Positions 1 through 13,215 of a stretch of DNA of 64,000 bases are shown one piece after another. The DNA is taken from the NCBI RefSeq assembly GCF_009914755.1, contig NC_060928.1. The stretch is one strand, 5' to 3'. The notes beneath the pieces were generated by a model. It saw nothing but the letters and a program-made list of their open reading frames with translations. It made no database searches and was not told where the DNA came from. The position numbers and the translations under genes were made by a program. The DNA is from the human T2T-CHM13v2.0 reference genome, Homo sapiens. Numbering within the stretch: the first letter of the stretch is position 1; the number at the start of each line of letters is the position of its first letter.

Positions 1-34
1 AGAAAAAGCTAAGTATCATTCATAAACACATAGA

Positions 35-150
35 AGCAAGAAAGAAAGAAAGAAGGAGGGAAGGAGAAAGGAAAGGAAAACAGAAAGGAAGAAAGGAAGG
101 AAGAGGGTTTAAAATAGTCAAGAAACAGTAGGAAGTGGAGGAGCAGGGAA
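35..150. repeat. GA-rich low-complexity polypurine tract
   Basis: aagaaagaaagaaagaaggagggaaggagaaagg... Confidence 0.8.
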
Positions 151-1419
151 TGAAGCTAAAAAACATTGGTTGCAAACCAATAATGCCCAAAAGCCTGGCC
201 TCAATTCAGTATCAGGCCATGATGGAATTTTCATAAATCCACAGTGAAATGAGAAAAACCAGCATGGCATTTTCCACAAAGCTAAATACGTAAGATATTT
301 ATATAATTGTTTCAAATGACCTTTTATTATGAGACCACATCCTCTGTAATTTGTTAGCAATAAAATTTCCTATCTGTACACCTACTATGTACCCACAAAA
401 ATTAAAAATTTAAAACTTGTTTTAAAAATAAAATACAGTATCTGTTATGAAATGGTGGCAATGGCATATGACAGATGTCATACAGAGTTATTTTTATACA
501 TTGTTTTTTGACAAAATTAAAATTGACAATCTTATATAGATCCACAATTTATTTTTTGGAAATATTACTGCTCATAAAATGAAAGAGACTGGGAACCACA
601 GTCCTATGGGAAGAAATTTGCATAATTGAATAAGGCACCAGATTAAGCACCATGGAAATAATTCTAGATGTTGATTATTAAATGTGTTTAAATGTACATC
701 AATAATTTAAAAGAAAGCACTACAAGACCATAAATAGTATGCAAGTGTTTCAAACTACTAGAGGGAAAAAAATGTAACAAAAAAGCCTAATAAATTCAAC
801 AAAGATCAAAATAGAAAAACACAAATAAAACATGAAATAAATAAGATGGCAAGAATAAGTCCAAACATACCATTAATCATGACAAATACATCTGGGTTAT
901 ATTTTCCACACAGAAACTCCCAGATTGGTCATGAAAACCAAACCAAATCAAACAAATAAAAACTGTCTGCATGATGTTCATAGGAATCACATTAAAATAA
1001 GAAATTTAAATAAGGTGACAGTGGAAGATAAATCAGACAAATGTTAGCTACTATTCCCCAATCTGTCCTCCTCAAAGAAAACAGTGACTCAATATTAATT
1101 TCAAATGAAATAAAATTCAAAGGAGTGGAACATTAAATGAGATGCAAGAAATTTTTACGTTGACAAAATGTAAAACCTACCAAAAACCTACAACAGCAGT
1201 TAACAACATAGCAGTTAACAGCATAGTTTCAAAATATACAAGACAAAAATTGTTAGAAAGCAAACAGAAACTCACTAATATCCACAGAAATAGTGGGATG
1301 AATTAATAGACACCTGAAAAAATGATTGTATTTCTATATGGAAATAAGAACTTGAATTTCATTGTTGACAAGCTTAATCACAGCTATATAAAGAAATTGT
1401 ACACAACAGAAAACATACT

Positions 1420-2145
1420 TTTTTGTGTCATTTCAACTTTTATTTTAGATTCGGGGGGCACATGTGCTGATTTGTTACATGGGTATGGTGCATGATGCTG
1501 AGGTTTGAGGTACAATTGATCCATCACCAAGGTAGTAAGCATAATATTCAGTTTTTCAACCTTTGCCTCCCCAGACTCCCTCTCCCTCTAGCGGTCCCCA
1601 GTTTCTATTGTTGCCCTCTTTATATCCATGAGTACTCAGTGTTTAGCTCCCACTTATAAATGAGAACATGCAGTATTTGGTTTTCTGTTCCTGCATTAAT
1701 TTGCTTAGGAAAATGGCGTCTAGCTGCATTCATGTTGCTGCAAAGGACATAATTTTGTTCTTTTTTATAGCTGTGTAGTAGTCCATAGAATGTATGTACC
1801 ACATTTTCCTTATGCCCCAAAGCTAGTCCCCAATTCAGGATCAGGCCATCCACCTTTGATGGGTACCAGGTTGATGCCATGTCTTTGCTCTTGTGAATAG
1901 TACTGCATTGAACATACGAGTGTGTGTATCTTTTAGTAGAATGGTGTATTTCCTGTTGGATATATATACCCAGTAATAGAATTGCCGGGTCAAATGATAA
2001 TTCTGTTTTAAGTTCTTTGGGAAATCTCCAAATGGCTTTCCACAGTGGCTGAATTAATTTATGTTCCCACCAACAGTGCATAAGCGTTCCCATTTCTCCA
2101 CAGCCCTGCCAGAGTCTGCTGTTTTTTGACTTTTTAATAATAGCC
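1420..2145 (-). mobile_element. L1 3' end (older L1PA/L1PB type), 5'-truncated
   Basis: L1 3'UTR plus ORF2 C-terminus (ORF 1620-2156: HCWWEHKLIQPLWK...[11 protein letters not shown]). Confidence 0.92.
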
Positions 2146-2706
2146 AAAAAATACATTTTTAAATATTCATGAAAGATTTAAAAATAAAATTTCAGGAAGC
2201 TCCAAAAGTAGAAATTATTGCACAATCCAAAGGCATTAGAAATTTACAACAAAAGATAACCAGCATCATCCTATCCCAAAATAACTATTTGGGAATTTTA
2301 AAGAGCTATTTTAAATAACTTCTAAGTAAAAGCTGAAATTAAAAGCAAAATTACAGAATCTGTCAAAATTAATGCTAATGACGGCATTATATAACAAAAA
2401 CTTTAAGATTCAGCCTCAGTGGCATTCAGAGATCTTTGATACATTTATTAGGTTAATTATCTAACTATCCAATTCAAGAATTACAAAGTAAAAAACAAAT
2501 ATAAAGAAAAGGAAAAGAAAGGCACTAATACATAAAATAAGTTAATTAAGTGTAAAATAAACAGTAAATATAAAATTTTTAAATAATCTTGATCAATAAA
2601 ATGACAACCAGTCATTCAGATGCAGAAATAACAACAGCAATAATAAGACTGACAATTCTTTAGTAAGTTTGGCTATGAGGAAAAGAGAACAAAAATTAAC
2701 TCAAGA

Positions 2707-3000
2707 GGCCAGGTACGGTGGCTCACACCTGTAATCTCAGCACTTCGGGAAACTGAAGCAGGTGGATCACCTGAGGTCAGGAGTTTGAGACCAGCCTGGC
2801 CAACATGGTGAAATCCTGTGTCTACTAAAAATACAAAAAATTAGCCAGGCGTGGTGTTGGGCACCTGTAATCCCAGGCACTAGGGAGGCTGAGGCAGGAG
2901 AATCGCTTAACCCGGGAGGCGGAGGTTGCAGTGAGCCAAGATCGTGCCACTGCACTCCATCCTGGGCAACAAGAGTGAAACTCCATCTCAAAAATTAAAA
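2707..3000 (+). mobile_element. Alu (AluS-type), full length
   Basis: ggccaggtacggtggctcacacctgtaatc...tactaaaaatacaaaaaa...actccatctcaaaa. Confidence 0.97.
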
Positions 3001-3099
3001 TAATAATGATAATATATTAAGTCAAGGAAAGTAAGACAAAAAAGGGAAAAAGGGGGAAAGAAAAGGAAGACAGGCATAACTACAGATACAGAGGGGCTG

Positions 3100-3325
3100 A
3101 AATAATGGTAGTAGTTTCTGCAGCCAGATTACACGGGTTTAAATCCCAGCTCCACCTCTTGCTGGAAAAGCTACTAAACCACTCTTCTGTGCCTCAATTT
3201 CCACATCTATAAAATGAGTTTAATAATAGTACCCATCTCGAGGAGGATTAACTACTTTATATAAGAAAGTACTTAACACTATTCCTGACACCGTAGTAAG
3301 CAAAGTATACATTTCAGCTATTATT
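3100..3325 (+). mobile_element. MIR SINE
   Basis: MIR core-like ctgtgcctcaatttccacatctataaaatgag. Confidence 0.8.
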
Positions 3326-3733
3326 ATGAGTACAATTTCAACTTTCATCTACATGAATATATGATTTCCTAAAAACATGTAAATGAAAAAATTGACTCAA
3401 GAAGAACTTTAAAACTGAGTAGGTTAATACTTAAGGAAGAAATTAGAAAAGATGGTGAAAAATTTAGAACTAAAAAGGCATTGGGCCTACTTTATAAAAT
3501 TGTTTTATAAGAAGAATACTAAGTTTTATGTCAACTAAATATTTCAGAGCATGGAAAAGCTTGATAAAATGTTTAATTCATTCTCTTGGGCTAGCATAAT
3601 CCTGATATTAAAATCACATGAAACAATATAGCATGCACATACACAGAAACACACACCCTTTGGCTGAGTTTACTTATGAAGATAAACAGAAAAATCCTAA
3701 ATACAATCTTAGTAAATCAAATCTTGCAATGTC

Positions 3734-3868
3734 TTTTTTTTTTTTTTAGTAGAGATAGGGTTTCACCATGTGGGCCCGGCTGGTCTCGAACGCCTGACCT
3801 CAGGTGATCCACCCGCCTTGGCCTCCCAAACTGCTGGGATTACAGGAGTGAGCCAACCATGTCTGGCC
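3734..3868 (-). mobile_element. Alu left monomer only, flanked by target-site duplication
   Basis: Left-arm sequence only; caatgtcttttttt at 3727 and 3870. Confidence 0.9.
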
Positions 3869-4242
3869 ACAATGTCTTTTTTTTTAACATTAGGAAAACA
3901 ATCTTAGGAATGGGTTAACATTAGGGAAAATACATTAATGAAATTTGTTATTGTAATAGGTTAAGAAAAAATATATAAATATACATTTAATTACATTGAT
4001 AGATGCTAAAAAGTACTTTTAAATTCCACACTCAGCTTAATTAAAAAACAAACAAACCAACAAACACAAATCTTAAGTTAACAGAGAGTATCTATGACAG
4101 TAAACATCAAACTTAATGGTGAAACACTAGAAAGATCCCCAGTCATCAGGAACAACACAGGAAAATCTGCAATCTTCCTACAAATCAGTATTATGCTAAA
4201 GATTCTAATAATCTCAATAATAGGAGACAAAAAAGAAATAAC

Positions 4243-4977
4243 GTTTTTTGTTTTTTATTATACTTTAAGTTCTAGGGTACACGTGCACAACGTGCAGGTT
4301 TGTTACATATGTATACATGCGCCATGTTGGTGTGCTGCACCCATTACCTCGTCATTTACATTAGGTATATCTCCTAATGCTATCCCTGCCCCCTCCCCCC
4401 ACCCCACAACAGGCCCCAGTGTGTGATGTTCCCCTTCCTGTGTCCATGTGTTCTCATTGTTCAATTCCCACCTATGAGTGAGAACATGCGGTGTTTGGTT
4501 TTTTATCCTTGCGATAGTTTGCTGAGAATGATGGTTTCCAGCTTCATCCATGTCCCTACAAAGGACATGAACTCATCATTTTTTATGGCTGCATAGTATT
4601 CCATGGCACATATGTGACACATTTTCTTAATCCAGTCTATCATTGTTGGACATTTGGCTTGGTTATAAGTCTTTGCTATTGTGAATAGTGCCGCAATAAA
4701 CATACGTGTGCATGTGTCTTTATAGCAGCATGATTTATAATTCTTTGGATATATACCCAGTAATGGGATGGCTGGGTCAAATGGTATTTCCAGTTCTAGA
4801 TCCCTCAGGAATCGCCACACTGACTTCCACAATGGTTGAACTAGTTTACAGTCCCACCAACAGTGTAAAACTGTTCCTATTTCTCCACATCCTCTCCAGC
4901 ACCTGTTGTTCCCTGACTTTGTAATGATTGCCATTCTAACTGGTGTGAGATGGTATCTCATTGTGGTTTTGATTTGT
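4243..4977 (-). mobile_element. Young L1PA 3' end, 5'-truncated
   Basis: Near-consensus ORF2 C-terminus ([13 protein letters not shown]...[13 protein letters not shown]), G-rich 3'UTR; TSD aagaaataac(g/a)ttttt. Confidence 0.97.
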
Positions 4978-5792
4978 AAGAAATAACATTTTTTGAAAAG
5001 CAAGGGACAAAACATTCCACATTGATAGGTAATACTATAACCCACTTAGAAATTCTAAGAAAACCGATTTTCCCAACTACTGGAACTAATAGGAAAATTC
5101 AGTAACATGAGCAGACATAAGATCAACATGGAAAACACAATAGCTTTCTAAACACCAACAATAACCAATGAATAGTCAAAAAGGATACCATCACATTTAG
5201 GACTCCATTGCAGACAACAGAAATCTCTCTAGACGGTTTCCATAGCAAGGAATTTTTTTCCCATGTATTACAAAATTATTGGAACGGCTGGAGAAACAGG
5301 CCTTGCCTAGGCTGCACTTCCAAGAACTATTCTCCAGAATCATATTCCTCTACTGTTGGGGCCTATTTCTCCCTTTAGGAATGGTAATGTCTACCCTACG
5401 TCTGTCCCACCATTGTATCTTGGAAGTAAATAACTTGTGTCTTATTTTACAGGCTAATAGCTTGACTTTGGACTTTTAAATTGGTGCTGGAACAAGTTAA
5501 AACTTTGGGACTAATGAGATGGAATGATTGCATTTTGCATGTGAGAAAGACATGAGTCTTAGGGGTTCAGGGATGGAATGCTATGGTTTGAATGTGATTT
5601 GTACCCACCAAAATTCATGTTGAAGTCTGATCTTCAGTGTGGCAACGTTGACCCTACTGGAAGGTGTTGGGTCATGGGGGCAGATCCCTCATGAATAGAT
5701 TGATGCCCTCCTGTGGGGATGAGTGAGTTCTCACTCTTGCAGTAATGGCTTAAATTCTGTAAGAGGGAGTGGTCAATAATAATCTGGCTTAA

Positions 5793-6088
5793 GGCCAGGC
5801 GCGGTGGCTCACGTCTGTAATCCCAGCACTTTGGGAGACTGAGGCCGGCGGATCACTAGGTCAGGAGATCAAGACCATCCTGGCTAACACGGTGAAACCC
5901 CGACTCTACTAAAAATACAAAAAAATTAGCCGGGCGTGGTGACGGACGCCTGCAGTCCCAGTGACTCAGGAGGCTGAGGCAGGAGAATGGCGTGAACCCA
6001 GGAAGCGGAGCTTGCAGTGAGCTGAGACTGCACCACTGCACTCCAGCCTGGGCGACAGAGCAGGACTCCGTTCAAAAAAAAAAAAAAA
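5793..6088 (+). mobile_element. AluY
   Basis: Diagnostic gaccatcctggctaacacggtg, ggcgtgaaccc, gagcttgcagtgag; poly(A); TSD aatctg(g/a)ctt. Confidence 0.95.
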
Positions 6089-6269
6089 TCTGACTTCTTT
6101 GGTTTCTCTCTTGCTTCCTCTTTTGCTGTATGACCTCTCTGCACCTGCCTGCTCCCTTTCTGCCTTCTGCCATAAGTTGAAGTAGCATGAGGCTCTCACC
6201 AGATGTAGCTGCCTAATTTGAACCTCCTAGCCACTAGAATCAGGAGCCAAATACAACTCTTTTCTTGGG

Positions 6270-6585
6270 GTTTTTTATTTTTTTATTTTTGGGGGGTGTG
6301 AGGGATGAGATCTCACTCTGACACCCAGTCTGGAGTGCAGTAGTGTGATCACGGCTCACTGCAGCCTCAACTTCCAGGGCTCAAGTGATTGCCCCACCTC
6401 AGCCTCCTGAGTAGCTGGGACCACATGTGCACTCCACTATGCCCAGTTGATTTTATTTATTTTCTTGTAGAGACAAGGTCTCACTATGTTGCCAAGGCTG
6501 GTCTCAAACTCCTGGGCTTAAGCAATCCTCCCACCTCACCCTCCCAAAGTGCTGGGATTACAGGCTTGAGCCACCGCACCTGGCC
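6270..6585 (-). mobile_element. AluJ-type
   Basis: Diverged dimeric Alu with ctcctgggcttaagcaatcctccc. Confidence 0.92.
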
Positions 6586-6689
6586 TCAAAACTCTTCTCT
6601 TTATTAAAGTACATACCCTTGGACCCAAAAATTCCACTACAAAATTTATCTACAGAAATGCTCACACAAGGATATAAAATTTTGGTTAA

Positions 6690-6950
6690 ATTTAAGTATT
6701 GACAGAGAGAAGGAATGAGTTAAAGAGCACTATTGTACAACATAGTGACTATAGTTAATAACAGTGTATTGTATTCTTGAAAATTGAGAGGAAAATAGAT
6801 TTTAGGTGTTTTCACCACAAAAAAATGATAAGTATGTGAGATATTGCACATGTTCATTAGCTTGATTTAGCCATTCCACAATGTATACATATTTCCAAAC
6901 CATACAGTGTATATGATAAATGCATACTTTTTGTCCATTAAAAATAACCA
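6690..6950 (+). mobile_element. L1MA-type 3' end
   Basis: gtgactatagttaataacagtgtattgtattcttgaaaattg...tagcttgatttagccattccacaatgtatac. Confidence 0.85.
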
Positions 6951-7026
6951 AAAAATGCTCACATATTTACACAAAGATATATGAACAGTGATGTCCCCTG
7001 AAGTGTAATTCTGATGGGAAATACTT

Positions 7027-7514
7027 GTATCTGTTATTTGCTGCATATCAAATAAGCCCAAAATTTAATGACTGAAAACAACAGCTACTTAATTAGTTTA
7101 TAATTCCACATGTTAGGAATTTTGACTGGGTTAAACTGAACAGTTCTGGCCTTCACTGTGTTCATATAAATGTGGTCAGCTGCTAGGTCAACTGGGTGCT
7201 AGCACATGTGGAGGCTTGCTTCTGCTCAACACGGTCTTTCCTATTCTACAAGGAACACTGGGGTTTGTTCACACACTTGACAGCAGCCTCCCAAAAACGA
7301 AAGTGAAAGCTAGGCCTCAAGAGGTCAATGCTTAAACTGGTACACATGGCTTCTGCCACAGTCTGTTGGTCAAAGCAAGTCACAAGGCCACTCCTGATTC
7401 AAGGTTTAAAGAAATAATCTCAGCCTCTTGATTCAAGAAGCTACAATATCACATTGCAAGGGTACATGCACATAGGGTCAAGTAAAGAATTATGGCCATT
7501 TTTTCAATCTACCA
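7027..7514 (-). mobile_element. Old MLT1 LTR
   Basis: Minus strand begins tggtagattgaaaaaatggcc; MLT1-like tttgctgcatatcaaataagcccaaaatttaatg. Confidence 0.7.
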
Positions 7515-7764
7515 TATTACCTAAATACTCACCAGTACAAAAATGATAAACTTAAGGGAATAGTTGAATTTTGGCATCTATAAAATAGAATAGTATGCAG
7601 TTTTTAAATAGGATGAGGTCAATTTATACATTGACATAAAAAGTTTCCCAAGTCAAATTGTTGAAGCAAAAAATAATAATAATGTAAGTTGTGTAAGAAT
7701 ACATGTTTATCTATTAAAGGATTAAACATAATAACTGAAGTGCCTGGAACACAGAGTAGAATGC

Positions 7765-8151
7765 TGTATTAGTCAGTTATCGCACTGCTGTAAGGAACTA
7801 CCTGAGACTGTGTAATTTATGAAGAATAGAGGTTTAATTGACTCACAGTTCCACAAGCTGTACAGGAAGCAGGGCTGGGGAGCCCTCAGGAAACTGAAAA
7901 TCATGGCAGAAGGGGAAGGGGAAGGAGGCACATCTCACATGGCCAGAGAAGGAGGAAGAGAGAGCAAAGGTGGAGGTGCTACACACTTTTAAACAACCAG
8001 ATCTCACGAGAACTCACTCACTATCACAGGACCAGCAAGGGGGAAGTCCGCTCCCATGATCCAATCACCTCCCACGAGGCCTCCTCCTCCAACATTGAGG
8101 ATTACAATTTGACATGAGATTTAGGTAGGGACACAGAGCCAAACCATATCA
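7765..8151 (-). mobile_element. MSTA-type solo LTR
   Basis: tgtattagtc...gccaaaccatatca; 5-bp TSD aatgc/aatgt. Confidence 0.92.
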
Positions 8152-8314
8152 AATGTAATAAACAGTGACTACTTATTTTTGAACTTTTTAAAAAATGTCT
8201 GTAATGATATTCTATAGGTTCCGGGAGCTACTGAAGGTTTTTAAACAGGAAAGCAATCAGATTGGATTTATGTTTGAGAAAGACTGCTCCAATGTCCAAA
8301 GGAAGATGAATGAT

Positions 8315-8560
8315 AATAAAAGCTAGCACTTACTGAGTGCTTACTGCATCCTTAACATTGTTCTAAGTGCATTACACATATTATTTCCTTTAATGTTTAC
8401 AATAATCCAAGAAGGTTGTTACTATTATTTTCCCTCATTTAACAGAGGAAGACCTTAAGGCAAGGGAGTCTGTCCACAGAAATTTGTCTAGAGAGTCTAG
8501 TCAGTTACCGGTAAAAACATGACATAAATACAAGCAGTCTGTCTTAGACTCTACAACTTG
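8315..8560 (-). mobile_element. MIR
   Basis: gctagcacttactgagtgcttact...tttaacagaggaagacc. Confidence 0.7.
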
Positions 8561-8743
8561 ACATTACTCCTTTGTATTGAAAGAGAATACAGACCAAGGA
8601 CACCTAACTCTGTACAGGTGAGAGAACTACTGAATTAATATTAGTCTATATGACACATGATGATCATCTGGACAGAGTAACAATAAGGCTTGATAAGTAT
8701 TTTGGTACAAGAAAAAAATGAAGTTTCAAATAGAGGGAGGAGG

Positions 8744-9023
8744 GGCTGGGCATGGTGGCTCACACCTGTAATCCCAGCACTTCGGGAGGCTGAGGCAGGT
8801 GGATCACCTTAGGTCAGGAGTTCGAGACCAGCCTGACTAACATGGTGAAATCTCATCTCTACTGAAAGTAGAAAAAAAAAAAATTGGCCGGGCATGGTGG
8901 TATCTGCCTGTAGTCCCAGCTTGAACCCAGGAGGCAGAGGTTTCAGTGAGCCGTGATCACACCACTACACTCCAGCCTGAGCAACGGAGCAAGACTTTGT
9001 CTCCAAAAACTAAATAAATAAAT
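8744..9023 (+). mobile_element. AluS with internal right-arm deletion
   Basis: 16-bp TSD aaatagagggaggagg (8728, 9024); tagtcccagcttgaaccc lacks the usual intervening segment. Confidence 0.95.
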
Positions 9024-9309
9024 AAATAGAGGGAGGAGGAATTAAGGATGCCAGCAGAAAGGTAAAAGATTCAAGAACGTTTGGGGTTTCCAGCTTAGAT
9101 AATTGAATGAACATCTGCATAATTAACTCACATGAGGGAAACACAATGAACATCAGATCTGGTTTTGGACATGCTGCTAAGTTCTAGATGAAGATGCTTT
9201 TGTTGATCAGCAACAATAGCTTGAGTGAACATGGTACAGGATGGCTCATAAAGAATATTCAGTTGACTACATCACCTCCCAGCAGTTAGGAGGTGGGAGA
9301 CAAAGGATT

Positions 9310-9450
9310 AGTTTTTGAGTGTGGACTCTTCTCTAGCTGTGGAGGGGCACTTTAATTTTTCTGAGTCCCGGTTTCCTTGTCTACAAAATAGGAATACTAA
9401 AACCCACCTGCCAGTTTTGGGTGACTCTCAAGTGAGATAATAAATAGAAA
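9310..9450 (+). mobile_element. MIR fragment
   Basis: ctgagtcccggtttccttgtctacaaaataggaatact. Confidence 0.6.
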
Positions 9451-9458
9451 AATATGGT

Positions 9459-9822
9459 TGTATTAATCCCTTCTCACACTGCTAATAAAGACATATCTGA
9501 GACTGGGTAATTTATAAAGAAAAAGAGGTTTAATGGACTCACAGTTCCATGTGTCTAAGGAGGCCTCACAATCATGGCAGAAGGTGAAGGAGGGGCAAAG
9601 GCACGTCTTACATGGCAGTAGGCAAGAGAGCATGTGCAGGGGAACTGCCCTTTATAAAACCATCAGTTCTCATGAGACTTACTCACTATCATGAGAACAG
9701 CATGGGAAAAAAATACCCTCATGATTCAATTACCTCCCACCAGGTCCCTCCCATGACAGTGGGGATTATGGGAGCAAAAATCCAAGCTGAGATTTGGGTG
9801 GGGACACAGGCAAACCATATCA
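9459..9822 (-). mobile_element. THE1-type solo LTR
   Basis: tgtattaatcc...gctaataaagacat...caaaccatatca. Confidence 0.92.
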
Positions 9823-10417
9823 ATGTTGTTGGCTATTAAATACATATATAGAAGATGGCATTTAAACAAACTTCATTTTTAAAAACTTCAGTGCTTTTAG
9901 TAAGAGAATTCAACCTCATGTAGATAAAGTATTTCAATAATATCACCCCTTCCTAAACTTAGTTAACATTTGGTGTTCAATGGGATTCAGCAGTTAGAAT
10001 ACAATCATGAGAAATCAAAATGACTTTATGGATTTTAGTTTTTAACAAAATCTATATTTTCATAGTGTTAAAAAATTGACTTATATTATCTTTCTGGAAT
10101 CAATATCTGCACTTACAGAGACACTTTAGGAAAAAAGAACAGTGGCTTTTTTAGGATCAATAGTAAATGACTTGATTCTTCCCCAGGCAATGAACACATC
10201 CAGATTAATAAGAAATGACAGACATCATCCTCAAAACCCAGGTTTGCCCAAGACTTGGTCAGCCTTCAAGGCCCAGCATACTTACCACCTCTGAGTAGCA
10301 TAGCATAGGGTAATATTTAAGATAACATGCTTTAAAGTCAGTTAGAAATGAGTTCATGTCCCAGTTTCATTGTTTACTAGCTCACAAGTTAGTCAGCCTC
10401 ATCATGTCTTATGTCAG

Positions 10418-10796
10418 TGCTATGGTTTGAATATGTTCCCCAAAAAAGCATATGTTGGAAATTTCATCCCCAGTGCAGTAGGATTGGGAGATGGGGCCTA
10501 AGGAAAGGTGATTAGGCCATAAAGTCTCTCCCTTCATTAATAAATTGATGTCATTATCATGGAAGTGAGTTCATTATTGCTGGAGTAGATTCCTCAAAAA
10601 CAGACAAGTTTGGCCTTCTCTCTCTTTCTCGCCCTTTCACCTTCCTCCATGAAATAACACACTAAGAAGGCTTTTGCCAAGGCATCCCCTTGCCCTTAGA
10701 CTTCTCAGCATCCAGCAACCATGAGCCAACAAATTTCTGTTCCTTATAAAGTACCCAGTCTCAGAAATTCTGTTCTAGCAGCACAAAACAAAGACA
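10418..10796 (+). mobile_element. MST/MLT1A-type solo LTR
   Basis: tgctatggtttgaatatg...aaagaca; perfect 5-bp TSD gtcag. Confidence 0.88.
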
Positions 10797-11050
10797 GTCA
10801 GGTTACCAGGAAATAGGCTCTGAGATAAAGATTGTACCCAGAAAGTTTCTTGCAGAGTATGATTCAAAATGGCCACTTTTGGCATAGGGAGAGACACAGG
10901 ATTGGGCAGGGGTATATGTTGCAACATGATACAGTCACAAGAAGGACTAAGGGGCACTTGTGAATACAGCCACAAGAGGAACTCAGAAAAAGGAGTTTGT
11001 AGGCAGCAAAATCTTCCATGCAGTGAAAGAACGTGGTATGTAATAAAGCC
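10797..11050 (-). mobile_element. Old ERVL-type LTR (LTR16/LTR33-like) fragment, host of the preceding LTR
   Basis: ggttaccaggaaataggctctgagataaagattg... resembles ERVL LTR end. Confidence 0.45.
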
Positions 11051-11130
11051 TTCAACTAGGAAATGTTTCCTTACTTTTCAGGGCTGTTTATCTCCTATAA
11101 CCTATAGGAGCATCAGCATTTAAGAATCTT

Positions 11131-11526
<396 letters not shown>

Positions 11527-11927
11527 TCATGCAGTAAAAAAGCACTGTACATAATGAACCATTCAGTCAGGAATGGTTCCTCAGACACCAGTCGCCCAGT
11601 CACCAAGGCTGGCCAAGGCCAACAGAAAGAGGAATAAGTGCCTGCTTCCTAAATGGGGATCTAGGTGGGGCAAGGCAGTAGCCACTATAATGTGCAAAAG
11701 TAGTTTTGTTAGACTTTAAAAACCATAAAAGTGACCACCTTCCCTGCTATTTGATGTCTATTCTCAACGTCTAGAATAGTTTCCAGCACACAATATGTCC
11801 TTAATAAATATTGGTTGAATGAAGAGAAGATGCTCAATAAACGTTAGCTACTGTTATGATCGATAAGACTTCCCTGATACTTCCAAATAGAAGGTATCTA
11901 TGTACCCTCATGACTTTGGTTCTGTCA

Positions 11928-13215
11928 TTTTTTTCTCTTCTTCAGCTTTTAAGTTCAGGGGTGCATGTACAGGATGTGCAGGTTTGTTACACAGGTACAC
12001 GTGTGCCATAGTGGTTTACTGCACAGATTATCCCATCACCTAGGTATTAAGCCCAGCATCCATTAGCTATTCTTCCTGATGCTCTCTCCCTCCTCCTCAA
12101 TCCCCTCAGACCAGCCCCAGTGTGTGTTGTTGCCCTCGCCCCCCAATGTGTCCATGTGTTCTCATCATTCAACTCCCACTTATAAGTGAGAACACGCGTT
12201 GTTTGGTTTTCTGTTTCTGCACTAGTTTGCTGAGGATAATGGCTTCCAACTCCATCCATGTCCCTGCAAAGAACATGATCTCATTCCTTTTTATGGCTTC
12301 ATAGTATTCCATGGTGTATATGTACCACATTTTCTTTATCCAGTCTATCATTGATGGGCATTTGGGTTGATTCCATGTATTTGCTATGGTAAATAGTGCT
12401 GCAATGAACATACGCATGCATATATCTTTATAATAGAATGATTTTTATTCCTTTGGGTATATATGCAGTAATGGGATTGCTGGGTCAAATGGTATCTCTG
12501 CCTCTCGGTCTTTGAGGAATTGCCACACTGTCTTCCACAATGGTTGAACTAATTTACACTCCCAGCAAGGGTGTAAAAGCATTCCTTTTTCTCCACAACC
12601 TTGCCAGTATCTGTTGTTTTTTTTTTTTTTACTTTTTAATAATAGCCAGTCTGACTAGTGTGAGATGCTATTTCATTGTGGTTTTGATTTGCATTTCTCT
12701 AATGATCAGTGATGTTGAGCTTTTTTACATATGTTTGTTGGCTGCATGTATGTCTTCTGAGAAGTGTCTGTTCATGTCCCTTGTCCACTTTTTAATGGGG
12801 GTTTCTTCTTTTTTCCTTGTGAATTTGCTGAAGTTCCTTGTAGACTCTGAATATTAGACCTTTGTCAGATGGATAGATTGCAAAAATTTCCCCCCATTCT
12901 GTAGGCTATCTGTTCACTCTGAGGATAGTTTCTTTTGCTGGGCAAAAGCTCTTTGGTTTAATTAGATTGCATTTGTCAATGCATACTTTTGTTCCAGTTG
13001 CTTTTGGTGTTTTCATCATTAAATCTTTGCCCATGCCTATGTCTTAAATGGTATTGCCTAGATTTGCTTCCAGGGTTTTTATGCTTTTGGGTTTTATATT
13101 TAAGTCTTTAATCCATCTTGAGTTAATTTTTATATATGGTGTAAGGAGAGGGTCCAGTTTCAATTTTCAGCCAGTTCTCTCAGCACCATTTATTAAATAG
13201 GGAATCCTTTCCCCA
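11928..13215 (-). mobile_element. L1PA 3' end, ~1.3 kb, 5'-truncated
   Basis: ORF2 C-terminus ([29 protein letters not shown]); TSD ggt(t/c)c(t/c)gtcatt at 11918 and 13217. Confidence 0.96.

Larger units (their letters stand above)
5360..6612 (+). mobile_element. MaLR (MST/MLT1A-type) internal 3' end plus LTR, interrupted by two Alus
   Basis: Internal end (ccattgtatcttggaagtaaataacttg...) then LTR start tgctatggtttgaatgtg at ~5580. Confidence 0.8.
700..7720 (+). mobile_element. Ancient L1M-type LINE (ORF2 to 3' region), fragmented by many younger insertions; pieces at ~700-1420, 2150-2700, 3340-3730, 3880-4240, 4980-5200, 6610-6680, 6950-7020, 7510-7720
   Basis: A-rich degenerate L1 ORF2-like phrases in consensus order (aagatggcaagaataagtccaaacatac; atagatgctaaaaag; aaacatcaaacttaatggtgaaacactagaa; aaaattcagtaa...cataagatcaacat). 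Confidence 0.6.

Noticed and set aside
4503-5045. 180-aa ORF as a functional gene
   Set aside because: C-terminal fragment of L1 ORF2 in a 5'-truncated copy
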